A stretch of 64,000 bases of DNA, taken from positions 8,504,698 through 8,568,697 of the forward strand of contig OZ037765.1 of the NCBI GenBank assembly GCA_964035545.1, read 5' to 3'. Source of the stretch: Bugula neritina. Taxonomy: Eukaryota; Animalia; Bryozoa. The translations under genes were made by a program, and so were the position numbers. The notes under the pieces were generated by a model. It worked only from the letters and a program-made list of their open reading frames with translations, was not told the DNA's origin and did no database searches. Shown here one piece after another: positions 39,401-52,285 of the stretch; the stretch's first letter is position 1, and each line of letters starts with the position of its first letter.

Positions 39401-41203
39401 GGTAATTATAACCCTTCTCTACCTATTGGTTTGTGGAAACTTTTCATGTATGAAACTTCCTAATGATATCAAAGATTGTAAGCATATTTTGCTGAAGGTC
39501 TAAGTTTGTATGTCAGGTATTTCACACACCTGAGTCAGCATGCAGACAGGTTGAGGTTCGACCCGGCACAAGCTGCTGCCGAAGCTCGACAGTGTCTTGA
39601 CCTGCTCAGTCAGGCTCAGTATCACGTGGCCAGAGCCAGGAAGATAGACGAAGAAGAGCGGGCATTGCGTAAAAAGCAAGAAGAGGAGAGAGATGCTATC
39701 AAAAGGAAGCAGCAGGAACAGGAGGTTGGTGTCGCCACGCGTAGATGTATTTATTAGATGAAACAATAAAATATAAATTCTACAGCAGTGGAAGGGGAAG
39801 ATAACAGCTGAGTTACTGTTTGTAGGCCGAGAAGCTGAGAGTCATGGAGGCACAGAAGGAGAAACAATTGGAGGAAAGAGCGAAGTTCATTGAGAAAACT
39901 AAGAACCTGTTGATATTTAAGGATGATCCTGCTGAGGACCGGCCCAGTAAAAAGGGAAAGGTATTGAAGCAGTTTTGTCTACTAACTAAATCTATCTTGT
40001 CATGATAATAAGGCACTATAGTTGAAGTACTCTAACTTATGTCTATCATTACAGAGAGGCAAAAAAGATGACTTCGTCAATGATTCCAGTGGACCAGAAA
40101 ATGAACCATCAGCCAAGAAGAAGCGTAAAACTGGCGATGACGACAGCAAGAAACGAAAACGCAAAACAAAGAAAAGGCCAAAGTACTGAGATAAATATTT
40201 TCATGTTTTATTTTTCAAATATCCATTTATCAAGAGCAACACACGCATTTATTATGTCGCTGCTTTAGGGGCGGGGAGAATGCTGACGATACTGATGACG
40301 AGAACACGACTTCTAATTCATCTCAACGCAAACCAAAGAAAAAATCCTCCCAGGAAGACTCTTCTGGTCTCACCGCTAAGCAGAGGCGCAAAGTTGTTTC
40401 CAAGGCAACAATCAGTGATACGGACAGCTCAGATGCTGGTGGGAACAGAAGTGCGAACAGTGCCAGGTAAAGATGCCTTGCAACAAGAAACTGAATAAAC
40501 TAAAACATGAGTTCTCATAGCTGTAACTTTAGTTGTCTGGAATTTCTAGTATTTATTTAGGTGGAAGTTTCACGGTTACAAATGTAAATATGTCCTATAC
40601 ATATGTTTCTAAAGCATCTTACTTTGAAAACTCTAAAAATTATTTGATGGGGAAATTATTTTGTGAGAGTTTTATGTGCACAAGTGTGTGTATGATACAC
40701 TTCTATTACAGTTTTCAAAATATTTCAATTTAGTAATGAAAGTGGAGAAGATACTGGAACTAAAAGAAAAAGAGTTGTGTCATCTGGCTCTAGCTCCGAC
40801 ACAGGTTCTGAGTAAGTACTACTCTACAAATGACATCTTTTAATGTACCAATTGCATTATTGTTAGCAGGTTATCACTAGCTACAGTGTATGCTTTATGG
40901 GGCGAATTGTAATGATTGAAATTCAAATTTACCAACAGGAAGGGAAGTAAAGTTGGATCAGGTGATGACAATTCTGGAAATGATTCAGAGAAAAGTAAAA
41001 AGAGTGAAAGTCGTCAGCAATCTGGTAACAGCAGTGGGTCAGATTCAGATGGAAGTGTAAAGTCAGCCTCCAGCAAAGGTGTTGGGTCACCGAAGGAAGG
41101 CAGCGACTCCGGGAAAAATGATAGTGGCCCTGAACAAGCAGGAAAAAGTGACTCTGAGAAAAAAGGCAACAGTGGCTCAGAAAATGGAAGTGATAGTGAC
41201 TAA
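33484..41203 (+). CDS. CTR9: RNA polymerase-associated PAF1 complex subunit CTR9 (TPR protein); spliced
   Basis: [37 protein letters not shown]; [15 protein letters not shown]; [11 protein letters not shown]; [18 protein letters not shown]; [34 protein letters not shown]; [14 protein letters not shown]; Ser/Asp-rich tail ending SDSD*. Confidence 0.97.
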
Positions 41204-41730
41204 TGCAATTTGTGTGAACAGATTTTGTAGCAGATCAGGCCTTTAATGCTGAGAGTGTAGTAACTGAAAAAGCATGATTGTAAATATTAAGCAGTACATG
41301 AAGATTGTAAAACTAATGCTGTACAATAAAATACTATTTACTGAAAATCAAAAAAGTAAAATATACTTGAGAGATAGCAAATGTAAAGTAATATCAAATT
41401 ATAAGAACAATAATAAGTTTATATAAACGCATGCTTGTTAGATAAATTAATACATATAGAAATATTATCCAAAATTGGAAGATGAATGTAGATATAGCTC
41501 ACTTAATTAAGTAAAAAAGCAGTAAAGAATTACATGAATATAGAGAACTGTTGGATTGTCATGATTTTTAAAATACTAAACAAAGTTTTAGTGTTGGTTG
41601 GTTGTGACTAGTGAATACCAGATCCATGATTGACAGGGCAGTGGTCAAAAGTTGGAGTGAAAGGGCACTTGGCTTGTAAGTTGTAGGTCATAGTAGGTGC
41701 ATAGACTTTAATGGAAAGAATTTCCTTTCT

Positions 41731-43528
41731 CTAGCGTATCTCTTTATGTTTTTTATAATAATACAGAAATATGGCAGCTCCTCCAATTGTGACAAGCTAA
41801 AATGTACAGATGATAGTATAGAACTTAATGACCTATTACTATTTAAGCAGTAATTGTATTATTTATATTTTCTTATCAGAACCAATTACAATTATTGAAA
41901 AGTTCTGCATACCTGAAATCCGGCAATAACAGATGCTGTAACTGCAACGGCATACATATGTTTGGTAATAAACTGCAAGAGTGGATCACTGCAGCCCTGA
42001 AATTCATAATAATTATACTATAAATTATGTCCAAAGATTTGACATTATTTTCTTCAAAATTACTTATTTCATGTAAATCATATGACCCCTGGACACTTAC
42101 CTGACTGTACCATGATTGCGGTAGGTTCTGACCACCGCACCCAACATATTCATCAATACAGCAGGAATCTGGAACTCGGTTATGCTGAGGCCATCCATGT
42201 GATTTATACCAGTCTTGGTAACTGTTTACACCACAACACTGGAACTATACACACAAAATTTCTAAACATAAAAATGCTGATCAATACAAGTATTCTATAG
42301 GTAAACAGAAAAGAATTCAGGTTTAACAATTAAGTTATAATAACTGCTCTACAATAAAACCCTTATTATAATGTAATTGCTAAAAATAAGACTAACCTCT
42401 CTCTGTATTATATCCCAGCCTTGCACGACGTCATGTTCATGTTGCGAATCTGATTTATCGCCAGCATACCATTCATTAATAGACAGGAAGAGCTGTTGCT
42501 TGATCTCAAAGTGAGCCTTTAACTATAACATAACGTGCTATGAAAATCTGCAAATTCTACTACTAACATCATAAATTGAGCACTTTTACAGGCTAAATAG
42601 TTTGTGTGCTTATGCATCTATCTATAAAAGTACTTACATGGACTTCCCCAACAAAAGTTGCAACACTGCCAGAAACTTCTAACACAAACAATATTCCAAC
42701 CAGTACACAATACTAAAAAAACAAGTACAAAATGCAAGCAAATTATGAATCAGGTGGCTCATACCCTAAAGTTGTGCTTTGAATTCATTATTTAGCTTGT
42801 ACCCCATACGAGACATTTTTGTATCACTTTCTAGTCGAGAAGCTATGAAAATTAAATTAAATCAAATTATTGTAGGATTAGTGCTACTTACAGTTAAAAT
42901 CAAGCACTTATTCTCTGTCACAGCACCACAACACCCTAAGAATCCCACAATTAGTGAAAGGCATCCAGGAGCAATGAACAAGGCGGAAGGCATTAGTAAA
43001 CTATATCCAGGTGAAACTGTCAGTAGAGTAACGTTGGTTAGATGCAGCCAGATTCCTAGTCCAAGTAAAGCTGCTCCCAGCATCTAAAACAAAGTACATT
43101 GGTAACTATTTTTAATTTTCATTTGAATCAAGAATTTAAAAAATATGATCATGATTGCCCACAAATTGTTGGTTGTACATTTACCAGTGGCACATTCATA
43201 ATAAAGTCAAACCATATTCGCATTTAAAATTATTTTACATTAACCTTGATGTAATTAAAAACATAATGTAGTATAATCATTTGCTGTAGTATAGCATTGT
43301 TGCTATAAGTGGTTTCAGTTAAACAGCTAATGTTTTATTGTATATACTGGTTTCACTCTTTCTGTACTACTCAACCAGTTAACATGTTCTATACACAACA
43401 AAACATATTTATCAGAATCCTACACATTATGCAAAATAACTAATTCTAAAACTCACCCAAAATATAATATTTATACCATACAGTACCCATTTGGAACATT
43501 GAAAACACCTTCTGGTATATACTGCCAT
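41731..43528 (-). CDS. Tetraspanin; spliced
   Basis: CSKWVLYGINIIFW, LLGLGIWL, GFLGCCGAVTENKCL, FQCCGVNSYQDW (CCG motif), VPDSCC, fourth TM then short tail; stop at 41733-41731. Confidence 0.92.
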
Positions 43529-45556
43529 GCTTTAGTTGGTTGATGGCGTATAGACTTTTGCCAACATAAGGCTACAAATAAAAAATAGCTTAGACAGTCA
43601 TACAACAGCAATAACAGCAGTCTTACAGCGTTTACAGCATTGAGGTTGTTTTTCATCATGTGTAGAAATATGCCGAAATCAAATTTTAAAAAAATAGAAA
43701 TTTAGTGTTTGATTCAAATATTATACATATCATTAGCCTTTGTCAAGCATAATTTATTTTGATGAGTACTATTATCTGAAACAATGCTGATGTGTAAAAC
43801 TAAAAGTAAATGCAAAATAAAAATAAAAATTGATTAGCTTAGAATCGTACTTATAGTTATAGTTATTCGTCAAATCTTAACGAAGACTAAAAGTCAAACT
43901 TGAAGACCAAGATAAATATAAAATACCAATAAGCAATAACTATAATTATAAGTATAACTGTAAGTATAAGTAAAATGCATTTTCACATCTCCTATTACTA
44001 TTACTATTAGTAGGACTATTAGTATTATACTTAAAATTACTAGGCTATTACTATTAGTATTAGTATAACTGTAAATATTATAATCATATTCATTAAATTT
44101 AATAATAATATAAATATTATTAACATTATCATTATAATTAATATTTATAATTATATTATATTTAACTAAATCTAATATTAAAATTGTATTATAATTATTG
44201 TTATTATAATTATTATTATGTTTACCTTTACTTCTAGTTTATTACCTCAGTTTATTACCTAGTGATTTACAATTACTGATAGTCTTAGTTAGTGATAGTA
44301 TGACTCATACTATTAGTATTAGGCTACTATTAGTAATAGTATTCAGACTGTCATACTATGAGTATCAGTATGAGTCAATCATCAATCATAATATTTCATT
44401 CTCAATCACAATCACAATGTCATACTGATACTCAGTCTCATAGTGATAGTGATACTCATACTGATACTTATACTTATAGTTATACTTATAGTTATACTGA
44501 TACACAGTGAAATAATTTTGAAGTAATAACTTATGCTAAATATAATACTAATACAGTAATAGCATTAGTATTACTATGACCATTGGTAATTATTTAGTAT
44601 TAGTAATACTAATAATAAAACTGCGCCTGCTGTAATTCATAGTAATTCGTACTTGTAATTGAAATTTGCCAGTTCTCACTTCAACTAGTGTAACGGAAAT
44701 ACTCACAAAAGAAAAAAACCGGATCTACTACTCATAACATAAAATGTTTCTTTTGTGAAGTCTCCCAACATGTTACTAAGAGGAGGTAACTTTATAATTG
44801 TATTATATCTTTTCTTGCTTTCAACACTGAAAATAATTATTTCAGTGGTTTAGTTGATTGGGATCTTCAGATTTAAGGTGGATGATGTTCAAACAGGATT
44901 GTCCTCTTGAAAAATAAAGATTTGTTAAGATAATGTCTTAAGTGCTACTTAAAGTAATGTTATGTTGAAATCTTGGGAAAGTGACAACTACTGTGAATGT
45001 TATTTTGACTATGCTTTCCTCTTTCAGCTGTCATCTCGTAGTTTGGTTTAGTATAGTATAGTATATATAGATGCAAATTAGATATTGAGTGTGCTAAAGC
45101 TAAAAGAATGGCAGTTCATTTATTTATACAAATGGCTATTTATATGCATCAAAGAAGTTATGTCAGAAAATAGGACTTGTAGCAGTAATTTTATTTTTTT
45201 AGGTAGCAGCTATTTAGCGTGCAGTTGAGGTAAATTATCTAACAAAAACAGCTACATTGTATTCCAGGTAAAAAGGGTCATGCAGGTAATATAAGTTTAT
45301 AGATGGTGCTGATGTATTTTTGTGTGTGCTAAGCAGTTCACATGAAGTAAACAGATTCATCGTGAAAATGTAATTACCATAGTTTAAAATTAAGAAATAA
45401 GACATTATAATATTATAGTGTATCTTTACAAGTTTAATTTTGTAATTTACATAATTAAAGCATCAATATATAAAAGCTGCGTTTAGTCATTTACATCATC
45501 ATAATATATAATGCATGTCCTCCTTTAGGGAAAGATGCTAATACTCAACTATCCAA

Positions 45557-48500
45557 TTAGGTTGGTATATCCAAATATTTTACTGGTATTCTGTATTTTT
45601 CTACAAAAATATTTAAAAACTTTGTTAGAGCAACTTGTAAAGAAATAAAACAATACATACAAATTAGCTATTCAAGACTTCCAGTCATCATTAGAATTAT
45701 ATATATTATAGTATATTCTGTGAATTTAATAACTTCACACAAAGTAGGTTTTCAAAGGCCTGAAACCTCACCGATCTGATGACTAGTTAGTATGGGGTAA
45801 ATGAAAACAGGTGTGCATGTAATTCTATGCATGATTTGAGGTAAATTAGTCATGGTAAAGTATATATAAACACAACTACCCCATAACAGTCATTCAAAAC
45901 TGATAGAAATTTAAGGACGAAATATCTCCTTGAATATTTCATTGAACTTTTAATTGAATTGATTACGTTAAACTATTAAATTATTCTATGCTTTAAAAAC
46001 TTCTATTTAGGTTATAATATAAAATTTATTGTATAGTAGTTTGACATGAAAAGTTTTACCTTTGAGTAGTTTATGTACAAAAGCTGTGTGGTTTCCCTGA
46101 GCAAGAACTTGTGGGCCAGTCTTAGCATCCTGCACTGAAGTACTGCAAGCCTTTGTAGAACGCATTTCCTTAGCCATTATTTTCAAATCAATGCCAAATT
46201 TATCCAAGTTGTTGATTAGAGTAACCTAAAATGTACCAAGAAAAAAGGTAAACAACTGATTTAGAAAACATGTAATAAAACTTATAAGAAATGAGACGCA
46301 GTATAAAGATCTGTGCACCTTTTTATTTCCAGATCTTGTCACCACCTGAACATTGATAGGGGGAGGAGTTCCTTTCTTAATAGAGGTAGCTCCATTAGAG
46401 TACGTGATCTTATAGACAGCACCGAGAGCATGACTCAACCTAAGAGAAGACAACATACATCTATACTTATTTGACACTACACATGTGCTAAATGTCAACA
46501 TATTCCACAAACTATATGGCACTTTAAATTAAGGCATTATGGCACTCATCTAGAGGTTTATAAATACCAAAAAGGGTTGCAATTCTATAGCATTAATAAA
46601 AAAACTCACGCAGGTTTTTAGTCACCATCCCTGTGAGAAAACCCCTGATGGAAAGGGTTTTTATTAAATCAGGCTAAGGACTTATTCAAATGAGGCACAG
46701 GAGCAATTATGACTGGATGCTCTTCCTAACATCACCAATGGCCTTTGTCAGGGCTCGAACCCATGACTTCGTGCTTACTAAGCAAACACTCGAACCCCTA
46801 GACCACGGCTGCTCCTTCTATAGCATTAATAACATAAACTAAATTGCTATAACTTAGCACCTTACAATTGCAGTCAAGAGTCAATTAAAATCAATGAAAT
46901 GAAGAAAAATAAACATAAATTTATTTGATAAAGATATTAAAATATAATGCCATTTTAAAACTCAATTACACTCTTGACGTTCCCTTAAATAACGAATATA
47001 AACCTCAGTTTCAAACTTGTATTATAATGAACAAGAATTACGAGACTATGAAACATGGTTATTGTGAACTAAATTATGCATTGTTAAGTTTATATTATAT
47101 TTTGCAAAAAACAAATGCTAAGTATAATAAATTTATTCAATCAAAGACGATCAGTCTATTAGCCCATTGCAAGTCACATGACTACAATAGTGATAGTAAC
47201 AAGCGTTACCTCTCGAACAGGATGTTCCATTTGAGATATTCTACATAACCCTCCTTTTTCTTAACTACTATGTCTGTTAGTACCCCGTCCAGAACCACTA
47301 GCCTAAAATTAATTATATACAATAATCAATAATCTTAACAGGACATTAACAAAATCATGTCAAAATGAGCGTAAGTGCCGACAATATTAAAGCTGAAAAC
47401 CAATGCTAATAAAAATTTCAAAAGCATCAAAACTACAAGATTCACTTTTAAGACAAAAATAATAATGATTTTAGTCTGTAACAATCCATGAAATTAAAAC
47501 TAAGTACCGTTTTATTGAAATATGAAAGTTGATAAACTTTGTCCCTTGACTAATAAAAACCATGATATATTTTTAAATAGTCTAAAAGCATCAGTAAAGT
47601 GGGCAAGATTTTAGTTTCATGCTTAAAAAGTTTTGAGTTGAAATCAAACTTGAGTAAATTATGTTTAGTTTTATTCTCTGCAGCAGATTTAATTTACATA
47701 AAAACATCATAACAGAAACATGAAAACTTGTTAGCTGCAAATGGTACCTAAACATTTAGAACTGAATAAATTCAAGTAGCAGATGCTCCTTGAACAATTT
47801 AGGTAAACGAGCAGCATTGATACCTACTGTTTGTTTTCTGTATGTTGGAGATTATTTTTCTTTACATATTCAGTTACCAAGCTTCTCATTTCAGTTAAGG
47901 ACAGGGTGTCACCTTTACTACAAATATACAACTAAATTATATAAACTATATAGATTACAATCAACTATGCAGAAAATAGGTGTCTTTCAACACTAGCTTT
48001 AATACAAAATTAAATTTTAGATAGCATTTGTATAATTCATACAATAAAATACATCATTTCATACAACTAACAGGTCAAGTATTTGTGGAAATAACATAAA
48101 TATAAATGTAGTCAATGCATACACGGGGGGGGGGGGGGGGAATCCCGATTAATCTACACAAAACGAAAAAACCAACAACAACTAAATACCAAAAAGACAA
48201 TTGAAAATTAAACACAAACATGAAATATTAGCGCAATATTAGAGCAAGAACAAGCAACTTTGAAATCATTGCCAGCACAATATCTTTCTCCAGCACTAAT
48301 AATACATACTAGACTTACTTAGTCACAGTATTCCAGCTCTACTAACCTCAGTCCGAGCTTACAGAACAGTGGTAGGGTTTGAGCATTAATAGAGAGCAAC
48401 TCTACTATTTGCGGAGGTTCATAAACATACTCTTGGGTATCATCTGGAGCTGAGTCTATTTCAACAGGAAGGGGCCAAGGCCGGAATCCCAGAACTCTGA

Positions 48501-51500
48501 ATAAAACATTACACACATTATCTTAACCTTACAGCACACAACTATGCATGCTCAAACACACTTTCCTTGTTTTATATTTCCTCAAAGTTTCAAAATCCAA
48601 ACCACAATTATTGACAATTACTTTTGCTATTACAAATTAAACACAAATATGTATACCTGTCATGTGTAGGGTTTGTACTCATCACGCTGTGCACACCTTT
48701 GGCTGTTTCCTTTACATCAAGAAAACCCTCACTTTGCATTTCCGTCAGAAATGGTCTCAACTGCAAAAACAGAAGCAGATGTTTCACCTGCAGTGGAAAA
48801 ATTTGAAAAATGAAAATATAATTACACGCAACCTCAACTCAAAACTTATACCAAAACAACAAACCTTTTTCCATTTAGTTTTCTTAAGATCTAATGTTTC
48901 ACCAGGTGGACTAAAACACAACCACACAAATAGCTTATGCAAAGATGAAACATGGAACTAGCAAATATTCAAGAGCTGTTGCTAGGAAAATAACTAATAC
49001 ACTTACATTTACAATACGACACCTACTTACCAGCACATCTACAATACGACACCTACTTACCAGCACATCTACAATACGACACCTACTTACCAGCACATCT
49101 ACAATACGACACCTACTTACCAGCACATCTACAATACGACACCTACTTACCAGCACATCTACAATACGACACCTACTTACCAGCACACCTACAATACGAC
49201 ACCTACTTACCAGCACATTTACAATACGACACCTACTTACCAGCACATCTACAATACGACACCTACTTACCAGCACATCTACAATACGACACCTACTTAC
49301 CAGCACATCTACAATACGACACCTACTTACCAGCACATCTACAATACGACGCCTACTTACCAGCACATTTACAATACGACGCCTACTTACCAGCACATCT
49401 ACAATACGACACCTACTTACCAGCACACCTACAATACGACACCTACTTACCAGCACACTTGAACAAAATCTCGAAAGAAGGCAGACGTCAGCATAGGAAG
49501 ACTCGACTGTTTTACTTTCTTCTTCAAGGCATATAAGAAACACTGAAGCAACTTGGTGTCTTCAGTTAGCTTACTGAATTCAGTCTCTTCTCCTGTCTTA
49601 GTTTCAATAACATTACTGGCACCCAAGTTGTCGGAAACGGCAGCATCATTTAATGCTGACTCGCCAGTAGTAACTGAATCAACACCAGCAACACTAGTAG
49701 CTGCAACTTCACTGGAGTCTTCAAGCCCACCATCAGCATCACCTGCACAAAGTGTGAGGCCTTGTGACTGACTCGCAGAATGTTCAGTTCCATCTACAAC
49801 TCAACCAACAATAAACCTTTTCTACTAGTGTTTAGCAAATACAGTGAAGTTTGAATTTTATACATCAAAAATAATTGACAAAATGTATCTTTTATGATCG
49901 AGTTAAATAAAACATGTATAGGGTTTTTATATAAAATATATAGAGATTAAATTTCGATTTACCTGCTGTTTGTGCAGGTAATTCGAGGGACTGTATAGTG
50001 TTTGTCATATCTTCTATTTCATGGACTGAAGACTCTATTTCAGGTATATTCGGTACAGATACTTTACTGCCTAGCATCCTATGTACCCAAAACATAAATA
50101 GAACTACTGCAACACCTCTGGTATACAACAAGATATTCCCCGATACATGTATCAATATTTAAGTTATCCAATCAAGAGTATCCAAGTTAGACTCAAGTCT
50201 ACACCACATACTCACCATAAATGATCACCGTAGTAGTGTCTAATAGCCACACCTTTACCTCGCATACCAGAGCTGTACATAGACTGACCGTCCATGCAAG
50301 TTTCTCCTATAGCTAGTGCTGCCCTTACAAAAAGCAAAGATCAGCAAAGTTATAAATCTGGGATATAACAGTCAGTCATTGTTATAGTGGTAAAACCATC
50401 AGTCATTATTATAGTGGTGACATCACCAAAGATTTACTAACCTGTTACCCACAGCGTTTACTGCCACAGCCATGGCTGACCTTATATGAGAGAATGTATC
50501 GGGTGTAACTTCACTCTTGGAAACCACACCCGGCAGCATGAGATCTGAAAATAGAAATAACTGCATGCACATGCCCACCATACAATATATTGAATTTGTC
50601 AACGACTATTAGTTGGACCACAGTTTGAATAATTAAAGTAATATTGATAATGATAACTCTGAGGGCAATTATCCTTTTAGGATGTGCATGATTAGAGGCT
50701 CAGCAGTGCTATTTTTCGGATATATGTCTCTGGCCAATTATTCTGAAAGCTGGCAAAATATTACCAAAAAATAGATAAACAATGCTAGCTAAAAAAAATC
50801 TCTTTACCATGAACTTCTTGAATCTTTATATTGTTCATAACAAAAGGTAAGAAATACCCATTCTGCTATAAGATACGCAGAGTAAAGCTCCCTACCTGCT
50901 CCACCATATATCTTGTTAATGACTGGCAACCATGTAGCGAACGAGTACAAACATTCAGGGTGATTCCATGCAGTATACACTAGATTGATAAATGAGATAA
51001 TGTTAATGATTTATTATCGACATGAAATATGATTTTAGAAATCAGCAAATATAGTCACTAAGATGAGCAACAAATTATAATAAAAAAAAATGATTATTTC
51101 ACAAAGCATTTAGAATTTAATAATTGTAAAACAGAAATACTTACCAGAAGGGTAATAGATTTGAGCAAATTCAAAAAATACTGGTTGCTTTGCCGTCAAA
51201 ATAATAAAAGCTGGCTCCCCATTATGCAATGAGACTCGCACTTGTTGAACATCAGATTTTTGAGGTATTAAAGTTGTAAGTATGTCTGGAGTAAACAGTG
51301 GAGACTGAGCAGAAATTTCAGCACGGATTCTTTTTCTAGTAAAATATTTAGCCTTAGTAATCTTTGTAAAATATGCATTAAAACTTATTTATTACAGACA
51401 TAATTTAATAATATAGCATGAAATAATTGCGATGTTTACACATTTGAACTATTCATTAGATACAAATAATTTTTTTATTGCTGTAGCTCTTCAATTCCTA

Positions 51501-51595
51501 CTTGATTATTATAGCAACTTATTATAAATAAACAATTACCTATCACTGCCTTTAAGCACAGTTTGAGACTTGATGTGAAATGGCTTATTGAACAT
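45557..51595 (-). CDS. EIF2D: Eukaryotic translation initiation factor 2D (ligatin); spliced
   Basis: MFNKPFHIKSQTVLKGSD, YPSVYTAW, GGADLMLPGV, GMRGKGV..HYYGDHLW (PUA), LLQCFLYALKKKVK..LPMLTS, LDLKKTKWKK, SUI1 region RSGNKKVTLINNLDKFGID..QGNH. Confidence 0.93.
46600..46815 (-). mobile_element. tRNA-derived SINE (Thr-AGT-like head) in EIF2D intron
   Basis: Minus strand GGAGCAGCCG-TGGTCTAGGGG (A box)..TTAGTAA loop..GGTTCGAGCCC (B box), core GGTGATGTTAGGAAGAGCATCCAGTC, T-run 3' end; perfect 17-bp TSD TTCTATAGCATTAATAA at 46583-46599 and 46816-46832. Confidence 0.88.
49006..49458. repeat. 30-bp minisatellite, ~15 copies, spanning an EIF2D exon/intron junction
   Basis: Unit ACCTACTTACCAGCACATCTACAATACGAC starts at 49021 and recurs every 30 bp to 49441 with few variants. 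Confidence 0.97.
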
Positions 51596-51941
51596 GGTCC
51601 AATTTATGACTGAATCAACTGTCTAGTATCTACAAAATACATGGTGCAAGTGCATAAAACGTCAGATTTTAATTCCAGTGTTTATAAACTCAAAATAAAC
51701 ATACTTTTATCTTTTAAATTGTAAAAGGCTTCTATCTAACATAGGTATCTTCATTTACTATTTAGTGTTCTACAGTAGTTACTAGTTAGACTTGGTGCTA
51801 AATTTCTTTTTCACAAATGATCACTAAATTAGTATTACACCTACAACTTCTACCAATGACTATAGTCATGAGTATCAGCATGTTAATGCTAATGTAGCTA
51901 TCAAACTTCACAGTTAACCAATACTAAGAAACTGACAGTAA

Positions 51942-52285
51942 GCCTAGGGCCACACGGTGCGTATTTTCGCACGCGAAAATTGAAATCACAAGTAGCAAAG
52001 GTGTCCACTGTGCGCGTTGAGAAAACCGTCGCACTTGTCGCTCTGCATTTTCAACGCAAGTGCGAATCGTCTCTGTCGTCGTCACCTACTTGGCTGGTAG
52101 GTATTCAGCGAGCCCAAATTTCTTTATTTAGTGCTATATTCCAGTAAATTGCGTTTTATTGAAAGCGAGTGCGATTTAAAAATGAAAGCTTTATTTACCA
52201 CGCATCACTGACGCTACAGTGGACAGCTTTGCTACTTGTGATTTTAATTTTCGCATGCGAAAATACGCACAGTGTGGCCCTAGGC
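51942..52285. mobile_element. PIF/Harbinger-type MITE
   Basis: ~70-bp TIRs GCCTAGGGCCACAC..GTCCACTGT / ACAGTGGAC..GTGTGGCCCTAGGC; TAA TSD at 51939-51941 and 52286-52288. Confidence 0.85.

Noticed and set aside
45776-45812. CTGATGA..GAAA hammerhead-like core (also CTGATGAG at about 11803)
   Set aside because: Could not build the required three stems.
46740-46815. Functional tRNA-Thr gene
   Set aside because: Acceptor and anticodon stems do not pair properly; it is the head of a TSD-flanked SINE.
49006-49458. CRISPR-like regular array
   Set aside because: Head-to-tail units with no unique spacers, eukaryotic context, no cas genes.
48935-49543. 183-aa and 202-aa repetitive ORFs (TIRHLLTSTS / VLVSRCRIVD)
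   Set aside because: Translations of the 30-bp minisatellite; the real EIF2D frame is a different one and splices out at 49450.
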